Of a stretch of DNA of 64,000 bases, positions 1-11,315 are shown piece after piece. Source of the stretch: Candidatus Poribacteria bacterium (GTDB lineage Bacteria > Poribacteria > WGA-4E > GCA-2687025); the NCBI GenBank assembly GCA_963665845.2, contig OY762492.1:3808001-3872000 (forward strand), given 5' to 3'. How positions within the stretch are numbered: position 1 is the first letter of the stretch; every line of letters starts with the position of its first letter. The position numbers and the translations under genes were made by a program. The notes beneath the pieces were generated by a model. The model was not told where the DNA came from and did not search any database. It was given only the letters and a program-made list of their open reading frames with translations.

Positions 1-478
1 CCTTCTCTAGTAATTCCAGCGCCGTTTTCTCTTCCGTCTCCCTCGCCGCCTCGTACGTTGTCTTCCATGCGTCCAACGCCGTCAACGCCATTCCCGATTC
101 CCCGACAGGCTCCTGATACTGCTCCCATGCCGCTTCCAGCTCCTTCCCTGCCGCTTCGCCTTCCTCCTTTGACGCTCGCGCCGCCTTCTCCGCCTTTTCT
201 AAAATCGTCAGCAACGCCCCCAGATCCTCCGTCATCCGCGCCCTCTCCCGGGCCGCATACGCTTCCCTCTTCGCGTTTTGATACGCCTTCTCCGATTCCT
301 TCAGCGCTTTCTCTGCCTTCCCCGCTGTCTTATAGGATTTCCGCTCCGCCTTTCTCGCCCTCATCTCGGCGTTTGCGGCGTCCAGCTCCTTCTCCGCCGT
401 CTCATACGCTTCCCATGCTTTTGCTTCATTTCCCCGCCGCCGCGCGATCTGTTCGAAGAATGGATGCTTTTCACTCAT
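1..478 (-). CDS. Hypothetical Ala/Glu/Lys-rich coiled-coil protein, 5' part; runs off the window edge
   Basis: Manual translation from ATG at 478 (MSEKHPFFEQIARRRGNEAKAWEAYETAEKELDAANAEM...) stays open to base 1. AAAGGAG RBS upstream. Not in the ORF track because its stop lies outside the window. Confidence 0.7.
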   Translation of the reverse strand, partial: MSEKHPFFEQIARRRGNEAKAWEAYETAEKELDAANAEMRARKAERKSYKTAGKAEKALKESEKAYQNAKREAYAARERARMTEDLGALLTILEKAEKAARASKEEGEAAGKELEAAWEQYQEPVGESGMALTALDAWKTTYEAARETEEKTALELLEK

Positions 479-787
479 GCCGTCCGCTCCTTTTCATTTT
501 CAGTACAGCCATGACCGCTGCCCTGTCAATGTTTAAGTTCAACGACGCTCTAAGAATTTCGCTGACATGAATGTCCAGCTTCGAGGCAGAAAAGAAGTAG
601 GGCGTATCATCCGTTCAGGCGAACGCGGACAGTTTCTGCGACGCCTCTATATTCCCGCTTACGCAGGAGTATCTGTGTTCAAAGTCAATCATTTTGCGCT
701 TTCCGTAGCGCCGAAAGTCGCCGCGGCGGATATTTTTCGGCAGTACCGAAGGAGCCGCCGCAGCGAAATTTCGGAAAGATGTTTTCA

Positions 788-1987
<1,200 letters not shown>

Positions 1988-2009
1988 TTTCGTTCTCCTT
2001 TCGGGAGAA

Positions 2010-2203
2010 AAGGACAAGAAGGACCGGCCTCCTTACTTGTATTCTGTAACAAGAACACGGTATCTGTGCGGAGCCTCCGGTCTTTCTTGTCTTCTTTGCG
2101 CGGCTCTCGATACTCCCGCACGGCGCCGCTGCGAAGCAACGCGCCCAAGACGACTCGGAGTCTGACCGCGCTACCCCTTAAGTATGCGCTTACTCGAGGG
2201 GCA
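2010..2203 (-). ncRNA. Putative IS110 bridge RNA (5' hairpin, target-binding loop, donor-binding loop)
   Basis: Three stem-loops. ACAGATAC (2067-2060) and ATACAAGTA (2042-2034) match the end junction ACAGATACTTGTAT. GTCGTCTT (2154-2147) and GCGGGAG (2119-2113) approximately match the repeat target. Ends are approximate. Confidence 0.75.
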
Positions 2204-2290
2204 ATGTCATCATACAAATGACGAGGAGGGGCGCGGGAATGCATGTCCTCGTGAAAACGGGGAAGCGGGGACGCCTGACGATGCGGGCGA

Positions 2291-2671
2291 TTAAAGTCCG
2301 GCGTCGGAGCAATCGAAGGCGTTTTGAAGATGCCGGCATAAAGCGCGGCCGCCCCTCGCCTCCACCGTCAGCACATCGAATCTGCATGGGGAATCCATCA
2401 GCCCGCTCTCTTGTAAAAACAGGGCGGCGGAGAGACAGATGCGCGCCTGCTGCTTCGGGGTTACGGCTTCCAACGCGGTTCCGTATTGGCGGCTGCGGCG
2501 CGTTTTGACTTCCACAAAAATGATGGCGCCGTCTTTCTGCGCGACGCAATCGATCTCGCCGTGGACGGTTCTGTAGTTGCGCTTCAAGATCGCATAACCG
2601 CGCGATGTGAGAAACCGCGCCGCCGCCTCTTCGCCCCGCTTGCCGGTCTGTTTATTCGTTAAAGTCGGCAT
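2291..2671 (-). CDS. yraN: YraN family (UPF0102) protein
   Basis: GKRGEEAAARFL...NYRTVHGEIDCVA...FVEVKTR...CRFDV; usual position after rnhB. Confidence 0.92.
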   Translation of the reverse strand: MPTLTNKQTGKRGEEAAARFLTSRGYAILKRNYRTVHGEIDCVAQKDGAIIFVEVKTRRSRQYGTALEAVTPKQQARICLSAALFLQESGLMDSPCRFDVLTVEARGGRALCRHLQNAFDCSDAGL

Positions 2672-3311
2672 CAGAAAGATGCTCCCGAACGCCCTTAAAG
2701 GCGCGCCGGTGTATCGGCGACGGACCATGCAGCGCGATCGCCTCCCGGTGCGCGCGCGTCGGATAACCTTTATGGCGCGCGAACCCGTACTGCGGATACT
2801 GGGCGTCAAGCCGTACCATCATTCGGTCCCGCTCCACCTTGGCGGCAACCGACGCCGCGGCTATCGACAACGACAGCGCGTCCCCCTTCACAACAGTCTC
2901 GATATAAGGCGGGTTATGGGCGAATCGAGGCGCGGGGCTGCGGTTGCCGTCCACCAGAAGCGCGTCCGGCGGCGCGGCAAGACACATTGCGGCGCGCGCC
3001 ATCGCTTCCAGAGCCGCTTGGAGTATGTTCATACGATCAATCTCCCGCGCCTCAACGCGCGCGACTGCAATATCGGCGCCGCTTTCGGAGAGCGCCGCGT
3101 AGATCCGCTCTCGTTCCGCGGCGTCAATCCGCTTCGAGTCGTTCAGCCCGTCAAGAGAGACCGCTTCCGCCTTGCTTGAAAAAACGACCGCCGCGGCGAC
3201 CACCGGACCCGCCAAAGCGCCGCGCCCCGCCTCGTCCGCGCCGGCGACGCGCGCCCGTCCGTTCCGGTAAAGCGCCTCCTCGCGCGAAAAATCGGGCGCG
3301 GAGGCGGTCAG
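2652..3311 (-). CDS. rnhB: Ribonuclease HII; start uncertain, probably CTG at 3311
   Basis: [53 protein letters not shown] motifs. The DEAGRG motif lies upstream of the TTG start called in the track. Confidence 0.92.
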   Translation of the reverse strand: MTASAPDFSREEALYRNGRARVAGADEAGRGALAGPVVAAAVVFSSKAEAVSLDGLNDSKRIDAAERERIYAALSESGADIAVARVEAREIDRMNILQAALEAMARAAMCLAAPPDALLVDGNRSPAPRFAHNPPYIETVVKGDALSLSIAAASVAAKVERDRMMVRLDAQYPQYGFARHKGYPTRAHREAIALHGPSPIHRRAFKGVREHLSDADFNE

Positions 3312-3694
3312 CTTTTCGCTCGTTGAATCGTCTTCTCCTTGATGCGCGCCCGTTTCCCGCTGCGTTGACGCAGATAATACAACTTTGCCCTCCGCACTGC
3401 GCCGCGGCGAACCACCTCCACGCTTTCAACGCGCGGCGAATGAAGCGGAAACGTGCGCTCAATCCCGACGCCGAACGACATGCGCCGAACGGTGAACGTT
3501 GAGCCGGTACCGTTGGAGCGTCTGCGCATGATCACCCCTTCAAACGGCTGGATGCGCTCTTTGTCGCCTTCGACGACGCGGACGTTCACCTTGACCGTGT
3601 CGCCGGGGTAGAAGTTCAGGTCGTTGTCGCGCGCTTTCACCATCTCTTCGAGCGATTTCACTTGCGACTGTTCAACATGTTTGATGAGATTCAT
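3308..3694 (-). CDS. rplS: 50S ribosomal protein L19
   Basis: PGDTVKV...[12 protein letters not shown]...TFTVR...[13 protein letters not shown]...[10 protein letters not shown]. Confidence 0.98.
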   Translation of the reverse strand: MNLIKHVEQSQVKSLEEMVKARDNDLNFYPGDTVKVNVRVVEGDKERIQPFEGVIMRRRSNGTGSTFTVRRMSFGVGIERTFPLHSPRVESVEVVRRGAVRRAKLYYLRQRSGKRARIKEKTIQRAKS

Positions 3695-4451
3695 GGTCGT
3701 CTCCTTCTGATGTTTGAAGATGTTTCAAATATGCCTCGTCTTGCTCGGTCAGTTCCGCTTGTTTGAGCAGGTCGGGGCGGCGTTTCAAGGTGCGGCGGAG
3801 AGAATCTCGGCGGCGCCATTCGGCGATCTTGACCGGGTCGCCGCTCAAGAGAATGTCGGGTACGCGACGCCCGTTCCATTCGGCGGGGCGCGTGTAGCAG
3901 CGCCCCTCCAGCAGCCCGCTGGCGAACGAATCGTCCATCGCCGACTGCGCGTCTCCGATGGCGCCGGGCAGCAGGCGCGCCGCGGCGTCCAGCAGCGTCA
4001 ACGCAGGCAGCTCGCCTCCGCTCAACACATAATCGCCGACAGAGATTTCCTCGTCCACAACGCATGCGCGCGCCCGCTCGTCTACCCCCTTATACCGCCC
4101 GCACAGGATGATGAGGTGCCGATGCATCGACAGGCGTTCGCAGTCGTTCTGCGTCAGCGGCGCGCCCTGCGGCGTCATATACAGAACGCGCGCCTCTCCG
4201 TCAGCGGCGCGCTTTGCATGCTCAACCGCTCTCATGACAGGCTCCGGTTTCAGCGCCATGCCGGGACCGCCGCCGTACGGGTAGTCGTCCACCTGTCGAT
4301 GTTTGCCTTCGGCAAAATCGCGCAGGTCAAGCGGTTCGGCGCGCAGCTTTCCGCGCTCCTGCGCTTGGCGCAGTATGCCGTACCGCAGCCCAGCCTGGAT
4401 GAGCTCTGGAAAGATCGTGATGATGCGGCATGTCAACAATGGTTCCGCCAT
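3672..4451 (-). CDS. trmD: tRNA (guanine37-N1)-methyltransferase
   Basis: [36 protein letters not shown] motifs. Confidence 0.97.
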   Translation of the reverse strand: MAEPLLTCRIITIFPELIQAGLRYGILRQAQERGKLRAEPLDLRDFAEGKHRQVDDYPYGGGPGMALKPEPVMRAVEHAKRAADGEARVLYMTPQGAPLTQNDCERLSMHRHLIILCGRYKGVDERARACVVDEEISVGDYVLSGGELPALTLLDAAARLLPGAIGDAQSAMDDSFASGLLEGRCYTRPAEWNGRRVPDILLSGDPVKIAEWRRRDSLRRTLKRRPDLLKQAELTEQDEAYLKHLQTSEGDDHESHQTC

Positions 4452-4496
4452 GCGTCCGCCGTTCCTGTCGCGCCTGCAGCCTCGCGGCTCCGTCCG

Positions 4497-4724
4497 CTAC
4501 TCGATGATTTCGAGAGCGGCGCGCTTGTTCTGTCGAGAGGCGGCGGCGGTCAACACGGTGCGGATCGCCTGGACGGTGCGCCCCTGCCTTCCGATCACCT
4601 TTCCGATATCCGCTTCGGCGACGCTCAATTCATACACGATGGTGCGCCCCTCGTACTCCGTAACCTGCACTTCGTCGGGGCTGTCCACCAACAATTTCAC
4701 GATGTATTCGATCAGCTCTTTCAT
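4497..4724 (-). CDS. khpA: KH-domain RNA-binding protein KhpA (YlqC)
   Basis: [17 protein letters not shown]; position after rpsP. Confidence 0.93.
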   Translation of the reverse strand: MKELIEYIVKLLVDSPDEVQVTEYEGRTIVYELSVAEADIGKVIGRQGRTVQAIRTVLTAAASRQNKRAALEIIE

Positions 4725-4728
4725 CGGC

Positions 4729-5046
4729 TCACTCTTCGCTTTGTTCGTCTCCGGCGCTTGCTTGCTCTAAGCGCGTTTCCAGCTGCCAGGGTTGTCTAAA
4801 GAGCTGCCATGCGCCTGTTTGCTTCAGCAGGCTGCGCGCGGTGTCGGTCGGCTGCGCGCCCTTTTGAAGCCAGTATAAAGCGCGCTCGTTGTTGACGACC
4901 ACCTCGGCAGGGTCGGGGATCGGGTTGTAATGTCCAAGCCGTTCGATGTAGCGTCCGTCTCGGTTTGCGCGGCTGTCCGCGACGACAATGCGAAAGAACG
5001 CTCCTTTTTTCCGTCCGGCTCGTTGAAGTCGAATACGCGCTGGCAT
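4729..5046 (-). CDS. rpsP: 30S ribosomal protein S16
   Basis: [10 protein letters not shown]...FRIVVADSR...[14 protein letters not shown]...GAQPTDT. Confidence 0.98.
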   Translation of the reverse strand: MPARIRLQRAGRKKGAFFRIVVADSRANRDGRYIERLGHYNPIPDPAEVVVNNERALYWLQKGAQPTDTARSLLKQTGAWQLFRQPWQLETRLEQASAGDEQSEE

Positions 5047-5072
5047 TTGCGCCTCCAGTCTATCGGTTTTGT

Positions 5073-6428
5073 TTATTTGAACGGTAAATTGTGTCGAATA
5101 ATGCGTTTCTTCGTTCGGCGTTTCCTGGGGGAAGCTCCGCCGCCGGTCAGCTGCTTCATTGCCCGATTCATCTGGCTCAGCTGCTGAACAAGTAGGTTGA
5201 TCTGTTGAACGTTCGTGCCGCTGCCTTTGGCGATGCGCCGTTTTCGGCTGGCGTTCAGAAGGCGGTGGTTGTTCCGCTCCTCCGGCGTCATGGACAGAAC
5301 AATCGCTTCAACCCGCTTCAGCTGCCGCTCGTCCGGTTGAATGCCCATGCTTTTCATTTTGTCGAATCCCGGTATCATGCCGAGAACCTGCTCCAGGCTG
5401 CCCATTTTTTGAAGATGAGACAGCTGCTCTAAAAAGTCGTTGAAGGTGAGTCCCTGCTGGTTCAGAATGCGCGTTTCCAGCTCTTTCGCTTTTTCCTCGT
5501 CAATGACCGCCTCCGCCTTCTCCATGAGCGTCAGCATATCGCCCCGTCCGAGAATGCGCGAGGCGATACGGTCAGGGTGAAACTCCTCAAAGGCGTCCAG
5601 ACGCTCCCCCGTACTGAAAAACTTGATGGGGGTTCCAGCGACGGCGCGTATCGAAATGGCGGCGCCGCCGCGCGCGTCCCCATCGATCTTCGACAAAATC
5701 ACGCCCGTTAAATCGAGCCGTTCATCGAACGCTTCAGCGACCGAAACCGCCTCTTGACCGACCGTCGCGTCCGCCACTAAGAACGTCTCGGTCGGCTGCG
5801 CGGCTTTCTTGACGGCGACCAGCTCATCCATCAGCTCCTCGTTCGTCTGCATGCGCCCCGCCGTGTCGATGATGGCGGCGGAATAGCTCTCTTTTTGGAC
5901 GGCGCGCATACAGGCTTGGGCGATCTTTTCAGGCGCGGCGCGTTCTAAAGTGAAGACGGGGACATCAATCTCGGCGCCCAGTTTCTGCAGCTGATCAACG
6001 GCGGCGGGGCGGTACACATCGCATGCCGCCATGATCGGATAATGCCCCTCGTTTTTGAGCCGCAGAGCCAGTTTGGCGCAGGCGGTTGTTTTCCCGGCGC
6101 CGTTCAATCCTGTCATCAGAACGGTAAGCGGTCCTGTTTCGGGAACCAGAAGCGGCTCCGCCGTTTCGCCCATGAGAGCCGTCAATTCCTCTTTGACGAT
6201 CGTCAAGGTCTGCTGATCAGGCGTGAGGCTTTTGAGCGATTCGGACGCCAGAGCGCGCCGCTGCACCTTGTCGATAAAGTCGCGCGTGACTCTATAGTTC
6301 ACATCCGCTTCCAGCATCGCCATGCGCAGCTCCCGCAGCACATCTTTGATCTGCCGTTCGGTGAGGCGTCCGCGGCCCCTCAGCTGGTCAAATGCGGACT
6401 GCAGTTTTTCGGACAGGCTCTCAAACAC
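5073..6428 (-). CDS. ffh: Signal recognition particle protein Ffh
   Basis: [32 protein letters not shown]; M domain SMTPEER...[11 protein letters not shown]. Confidence 0.98.
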   Translation of the reverse strand: MFESLSEKLQSAFDQLRGRGRLTERQIKDVLRELRMAMLEADVNYRVTRDFIDKVQRRALASESLKSLTPDQQTLTIVKEELTALMGETAEPLLVPETGPLTVLMTGLNGAGKTTACAKLALRLKNEGHYPIMAACDVYRPAAVDQLQKLGAEIDVPVFTLERAAPEKIAQACMRAVQKESYSAAIIDTAGRMQTNEELMDELVAVKKAAQPTETFLVADATVGQEAVSVAEAFDERLDLTGVILSKIDGDARGGAAISIRAVAGTPIKFFSTGERLDAFEEFHPDRIASRILGRGDMLTLMEKAEAVIDEEKAKELETRILNQQGLTFNDFLEQLSHLQKMGSLEQVLGMIPGFDKMKSMGIQPDERQLKRVEAIVLSMTPEERNNHRLLNASRKRRIAKGSGTNVQQINLLVQQLSQMNRAMKQLTGGGASPRKRRTKKRIIRHNLPFK

Positions 6429-6472
6429 GTCTCGCCCTATCGTTCACAACCTAAATACACAGGCAACATTAG

Positions 6473-6501
6473 ATAATACCGCCATCGGCGTTCGATGTCA
6501 A
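6473..6501 (-). promoter_or_regulatory. sigma70-type promoter of the ffh operon
   Basis: TTGACA-17 bp-TATTAT on the minus strand, 45 bp upstream of ffh. Confidence 0.7.
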
Positions 6502-6526
6502 CGTTGATGCATCTGACCGCAAGCGA

Positions 6527-6804
6527 ATTCCCCCTTTTCAAGGAGGGCGCGCAGCGAATTCCCCCTTGAAAAGGGGGGCTAGGGGGTTTTAAAGGACGGG
6601 CGCGGCGGCTGCAATGCCTAAGATTCTCGCTTACGCGGGAATGACGATTTGGCAGTCTCTATAGGCGATGATTTCGATTTTAGAGAACCGTTTTGGAATG
6701 CGAAGGTTCTCTGGGAAAACTCTGGATTCCCGCTTACGCGGGAATGACGCCTAGCGGCGCGGCGGCTGCAATGCCTTAAGATTCCCGCTTACGCGGGAAT
6801 GACG
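6527..6804. repeat. Cluster of REP-like palindromes: CCCCCTTGAAAAGGGGG hairpins plus three ATTCCCGCTTACGCGGGAATGACG copies
   Basis: Copies at about 6623, 6726 and 6781. The same CCCCC..GGGGG module recurs near 16500, 18530, 34950 and 40310. Confidence 0.85.
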
Positions 6805-7283
6805 CCTGGCGGCGCGGCGGCTTTTCCGCTGGTCATCGCGTTTCTTTTGGCGCGCGCTGCCGAATCCAGTTGATGGGCGAGAGCGACGGCTGTCGGGTCT
6901 TGTTGAAGGGCGGCAAGAGCCTCCGCTTCCGCCTTCAGCATTCGGGACGCCTCCGCCTCGCCATGATGATCATGCCCGTTGAGATGCAGCGCCGCATGGA
7001 CGGCAAGTCGCGCCGTTTCATCTGAAAGCGTACAGCCCGCCTTTTTTGCCTGCCGCGCCGCCGTTTCAATGGAGAGCGCGATGGATCCGTACTCCGCATG
7101 TTCATCGTCCGGCGGAAAAGCGAGCGTATCGGTGGCGGCGTCCACGCCTCTGTAATCGCGGTTCAGGGCGCGTATCTGTTCGTCCCCGGCAATCAGGATG
7201 TCGATGCGCGCGTTTGGCGCGTTCAAAGCAATTGCCGCGGCGCGCTCAACCAGCCGATGCGCCGCTTCATACAGCTCGCTCAT
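6789..7283 (-). CDS. ybeY: rRNA maturation RNase YbeY
   Basis: LNRDYRGVDAATDTLAF and the zinc motif HAALHLNGHDH. Confidence 0.92.
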   Translation of the reverse strand: MSELYEAAHRLVERAAAIALNAPNARIDILIAGDEQIRALNRDYRGVDAATDTLAFPPDDEHAEYGSIALSIETAARQAKKAGCTLSDETARLAVHAALHLNGHDHHGEAEASRMLKAEAEALAALQQDPTAVALAHQLDSAARAKRNAMTSGKAAAPPGVIPA

Positions 7284-7288
7284 CGGGA

Positions 7289-9577
7289 TCAGTGGGATCT
7301 GTTGTCAAGGGCGGTGGAAGGCTCCAGTTCGGAGCTGAGCTCGGTGGGGTCGTGTACTGTTTTGTCTTCTGGATACTGAATTCTGGAGTGGTACATACCG
7401 AGGAGCGTCCGCTCAAACTGCTCGGACAGGAGTCTCAAGTCGTTCAATGTGAGTTCGCTTTCGTCCAGCTGTCCGTCCTGCGCGTAATAACTGACGATCT
7501 CTTGTACCACCTTTTCGCAGTCTCTTCGGGTCAGTTCTCTTGTGGTTTGAAACTTCGCGTTTGCCGCCGCTTCGATGGAATCTGACAGCATCATAATCGC
7601 CGCCAGCTTTGTTTGCGGTTTCGGCCCTGGGTATCGGAAGCTGGATTCGTCAACCGTTTCGCCCGCCTGCTGCGCCTTGTGGTAAAAACCGCGGATGAGC
7701 GATGTCCCATGGTGCTGCATGATCAGATCCAGCGCCTCTTTCGGGAGTCGGTTGTCGCGTCCGAGGGCGACCCCGTCTTTCACATGCGCAATCAAAATGC
7801 GGGCGCTCATGGTCGGTTTGAGCTGATCGTGCGGATTCGGTCCGCCTTTCTGATTTTCAATGAAGTAGTTGGCGGTCGCGGGGGAATTTATTTTTCCGAT
7901 GTCATGAAAATAGGCGCCGACCCGCGCTAAAAGAACGTTTTCATCCAGCGTTTCAGCGGCCGCCTCCGCCAGACGCGCCACGTTCAGGCTGTGGTTGAAG
8001 GTGCCGGGAGCCGTTTTTTGAACGCGCTCAAGCAGCGGATGGTTAAGATCCGACAGGTCCATCAGCTCCAGGTCGGTCGCGGAGCCGGCGATAAATTCTA
8101 ACCCTGGAAGAATGAGCGGAATGAACGCGGCGCTCAGAAAACCGGCGACCAGCGCCGTACCGCCGACGCGAAGCGTCTCCCAACTGGCGATGTTGGAATG
8201 CAGCGCGGAAGTTGCCAGCGCTATTAAAACGACGGCGCCCGTGGTGTAGACGCTCACCGTAACAAGATCCTTGCGCCTGCGGATATTGAGCATGGCGAAG
8301 GTGGACGCAAAACCGCTTGCCAAAAGCGTCAACAGCTGCGGCAAACTTGCATCATGCGAGACGCTGCTCATGACGCCCGCCAAAATGGAGAGCGCCAGCG
8401 TCGCAAGAATGCCGTATCCGGGCCCGATCAATATGGTGGAGAGGCCCGCCGCCGTACCTACCGGCAGCAGCAGGGCCGGAAATGCCACCCATGTTCCAAC
8501 GCCCAGCGCCGGCGATTCTAGAATCATGGAGCCGACGCGCATGGCTCCGATTGCGGCGAGAACGCACAGCCCGTACGCCCACCATTCGCGCGCTGTCGGT
8601 CCCGAGCCGACCTGTATCTCCGAACAGTAAAAGACGGCGGAGCCTAAGATCGACGCGACCAGCAAAAAGGTTCCAATGAATACGGAGGATACCTTAACCC
8701 TGCTGATTTTGTGGGTCGGCTTCACCTCCGCCGCCGCTTTTTCTTGCCGGGCTGTTGTGGCGGCGTCGTCGAAATCTAGGTTGTAGCTGCCGATAAACAG
8801 AACCCCCAAAATGTCCTTCATGAGCTGCTTCACTTCAGGAGTTAGGCTCTCGTCTTCAAGCGCATCGATTTTATCCCTAACGGCTCTGACAGCTTCGTCG
8901 TAATCTGGAATGTCTTCAACCTTGACAATCATGCCTTTTTCTAGGTCAGACGGGACGATCTCGATCTCCATCGCAGCGACGCTGGGCCACTTGCTGGTGA
9001 GTTCAGGATCAAAGTATTCGTGCAATTCTCCTAGCACGCTGTCCGGATGATCTCCCGCAAACCGCACCCCCGTCTCTAAAACGGATTTGAACACCGACAG
9101 CGTATGGTCGCGTATATCAGAGAACGATTGCCGATGCTGTATGAGGCGGTCTACAAGATCGGCGCCGCCAAAATAGGAATCGGTCGTCGGGTTGCTTAAA
9201 ATCTCCGCTTTGCGCTGCGCGTCGTCGCCCGAACCTGCGTTTCTAATGGGGTCCGAAATCTGCTCAAAGAGATCCACCGCCGCGTTGTACGGCTTCAATT
9301 CCAGGTTGAAGATCGGAATGGCGTTTTTTTTCGCGATGTCGCGCGCTTTTTCGGTCGCCGCTTCATCCTCCCCGCTTTCGTAGATCGGCATGCAGACCCA
9401 GGTCAACAGGAAGGAGGCCCCCGCCACAATCAACGCCCATTTTCGTTTCTTGCCTGCAGTCGAATTGTTGACCTGCATGAGCGAGGCGGCTCTTCCTTGG
9501 CGCCGCTCAACGCCTTTGCCTGCAGCGCCGCGCTGGCGGCTGCCGCGGCGAACGCTTGATCTGCGGAGACGTCTCAT
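7289..9577 (-). CDS. 7TM-HD (HDIG) membrane phosphohydrolase, PgpH-like
   Basis: N-terminal TM, extracellular domain, multi-TM block, then APGTFNHS...HDIGK...HVKDG...QHHGT...RYPGPKPQT...DSIEAA. Lies between phoH and ybeY as PgpH/YqfF does. Confidence 0.88.
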   Translation of the reverse strand: MRRLRRSSVRRGSRQRGAAGKGVERRQGRAASLMQVNNSTAGKKRKWALIVAGASFLLTWVCMPIYESGEDEAATEKARDIAKKNAIPIFNLELKPYNAAVDLFEQISDPIRNAGSGDDAQRKAEILSNPTTDSYFGGADLVDRLIQHRQSFSDIRDHTLSVFKSVLETGVRFAGDHPDSVLGELHEYFDPELTSKWPSVAAMEIEIVPSDLEKGMIVKVEDIPDYDEAVRAVRDKIDALEDESLTPEVKQLMKDILGVLFIGSYNLDFDDAATTARQEKAAAEVKPTHKISRVKVSSVFIGTFLLVASILGSAVFYCSEIQVGSGPTAREWWAYGLCVLAAIGAMRVGSMILESPALGVGTWVAFPALLLPVGTAAGLSTILIGPGYGILATLALSILAGVMSSVSHDASLPQLLTLLASGFASTFAMLNIRRRKDLVTVSVYTTGAVVLIALATSALHSNIASWETLRVGGTALVAGFLSAAFIPLILPGLEFIAGSATDLELMDLSDLNHPLLERVQKTAPGTFNHSLNVARLAEAAAETLDENVLLARVGAYFHDIGKINSPATANYFIENQKGGPNPHDQLKPTMSARILIAHVKDGVALGRDNRLPKEALDLIMQHHGTSLIRGFYHKAQQAGETVDESSFRYPGPKPQTKLAAIMMLSDSIEAAANAKFQTTRELTRRDCEKVVQEIVSYYAQDGQLDESELTLNDLRLLSEQFERTLLGMYHSRIQYPEDKTVHDPTELSSELEPSTALDNRSH

Positions 9578-9659
9578 CTGTTCGAATCCTTTTCTTTGGT
9601 TGCATCCAGCCGATCAACATGACCATAATACAACCGCGCCGATGTGTCAATCATGAATG

Positions 9660-9827
9660 TCGACCTTACGTCTTTAGTCGGGACATGCCGGAATGGGAAC
9701 GCGAACGTCTTCTGCGGCGCCTCTAGATTCCCGCTTGCGCGGGAATGACGGTCTGGTTGGCGGCGCCTTTTTCCCATGAATAAGGGCTTTGGTCGTTCAA
9801 ATGTCCCAACTTTCAGCATGAGGTCAG
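9660..9827. mobile_element. MITE-like element (168 bp) carrying one REP palindrome
   Basis: Imperfect terminal inverted repeats (TCGACCTTACGTCTTTAGTCGGGACAT / ATGTCCCAACTTTCAGCATGAGGTCAG) flanked by a 6-bp direct repeat TGAATG (9654-9659, 9828-9833). Confidence 0.75.
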
Positions 9828-9840
9828 TGAATGGAGCGGA

Positions 9841-10854
9841 TTAAGCGTTTTCTTTAGGGTACGATCTGGAATCGGCGTCGTACGCTTCCACAATGCGCTG
9901 CACAAGCTCATGCCGCACCACATCCGCCGACGAGAACTCGACCACCCCGATGCCGTCAATACGGCGCAGAACGCCGACTGCATGCATGAGGCCTGAAGGG
10001 TTGCCGTCCGGGAGGTCGCTCTGCGTCGCGTCGCCCGTGACGACCGCTTTGGAGTCGAACCCTAGCCGCGTGAGAAACATTTTCATCTGCGGTATCGTCG
10101 CGTTTTGCGCCTCGTCCAGCACCACAAAGGCGCGGTTCAGCGTCCTTCCGCGCATAAACGCCAGCGGCGCAATCTCAATGACCCCCCGCTCAATATACTG
10201 CGCGACGACGTTGATCGTAAACATATCGTAAAGCGCGTCGTAAAGCGGGCGCAGGTACGGGTCGATCTTCGCCTGAATGTCGCCAGGAAGAAAACCCAGT
10301 TTTTCGCCCGCTTCAACGGCGGGGCGCGTCATCATGATGCGGTCAACCGTCCCGGATTTGAGCGCGGACGCCGCCATCGCCATGGCGAGATAGGTTTTTC
10401 CCGTCCCCGCCGGACCGACGCCGAAGACAAGGTCTTGCCGGCGCATCGCCTCAATGTAGAGGCTTTGATTTTTGGAGCGGGGGCGAATCGGTCCCTGTTT
10501 CGCATGAATAGCGAGCGAGGACAAAGCCTCGCCGTCCGCTTCGCCGCCTTCTTCGGCGGACGGAAGCGCCGTTTCAGCCGGCTCCGGGCGGGCTGTCTTT
10601 CGGACTGCCGCCTGCACATCGCGCATCTCTATGGAGGCGCCGGAACGCGCTATTCCGAGCAGCTTGTTTAAAATTTCTCCCACATGCTCAACATCCTGAT
10701 CATTGCCGACCACCTCAAGATGATCGCTCCGCAACATGACCTGCGCGCTGCGGTCCGCCTCAATGATCTTGAGAAAGCTGTCCCGCTGACCGAACAATTG
10801 CTGCGCTTCAGCGATGCTCTGCAGCCCGATTTTCAACGATATTCGCTTCTGCAA
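9841..10854 (-). CDS. phoH: PhoH-family ATPase (YbeZ-like)
   Basis: GPAGTGKTYLA, RPAVEAGEKLGFLPG, PLAFMRGRT, LDEAQN, GDATQSDL. Confidence 0.96.
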   Translation of the reverse strand: MQKRISLKIGLQSIAEAQQLFGQRDSFLKIIEADRSAQVMLRSDHLEVVGNDQDVEHVGEILNKLLGIARSGASIEMRDVQAAVRKTARPEPAETALPSAEEGGEADGEALSSLAIHAKQGPIRPRSKNQSLYIEAMRRQDLVFGVGPAGTGKTYLAMAMAASALKSGTVDRIMMTRPAVEAGEKLGFLPGDIQAKIDPYLRPLYDALYDMFTINVVAQYIERGVIEIAPLAFMRGRTLNRAFVVLDEAQNATIPQMKMFLTRLGFDSKAVVTGDATQSDLPDGNPSGLMHAVGVLRRIDGIGVVEFSSADVVRHELVQRIVEAYDADSRSYPKENA

Positions 10855-10930
10855 TACTACGCCTTTCCAACGCCTACAGGGCGCGAGTCGAATGCCGCGC
10901 TAGTTATGATGCCTGCCGATAGAGCAAATG

Positions 10931-11308
10931 TCAAGAATCGGTCGGCGGAGGGTGCGACGCGCGGCAAACGGTGTGAATGCCGCCGCGTATGTTGTAATCG
11001 GTCGTGACGGTCATCCGCTTCGGAGACAGGAGACGGACCAGATCGGTCAAGATCCGGTCCGTCGCATGCTCCTGGTAGATGCCGACATTCCGATACGACA
11101 GGAAATAGTATTTGAGCGACTTCAACTCCACGCACCGATCGCTTGGGGTGTACTGGATCGTGACGCGGGCGATGTCCGGCAAACCCGAAAAGGGGCAGAC
11201 CGCGCTGAACTCCGCCGTTTCGCAGGTGATCACCTGCTCTACCCCGTCGTAGGCGAAGGTTTCCAGTACGCCCGCGTCGATGCTGTCGGGCGGGTCGAAC
11301 GCTTTCAT
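10931..11308 (-). CDS. queF: NADPH-dependent preQ0 reductase (single-domain type)
   Basis: [30 protein letters not shown] motifs; start taken as MKAFDPP at 11308. Confidence 0.92.
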   Translation of the reverse strand: MKAFDPPDSIDAGVLETFAYDGVEQVITCETAEFSAVCPFSGLPDIARVTIQYTPSDRCVELKSLKYYFLSYRNVGIYQEHATDRILTDLVRLLSPKRMTVTTDYNIRGGIHTVCRASHPPPTDS

Positions 11309-11315
11309 CGGCTTT

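Noticed and set aside
58-570. Pro/Ser-rich plus-strand ORF
   Set aside because: It is the antisense shadow of the Glu/Lys/Ala-rich minus-strand gene, which has a good RBS.
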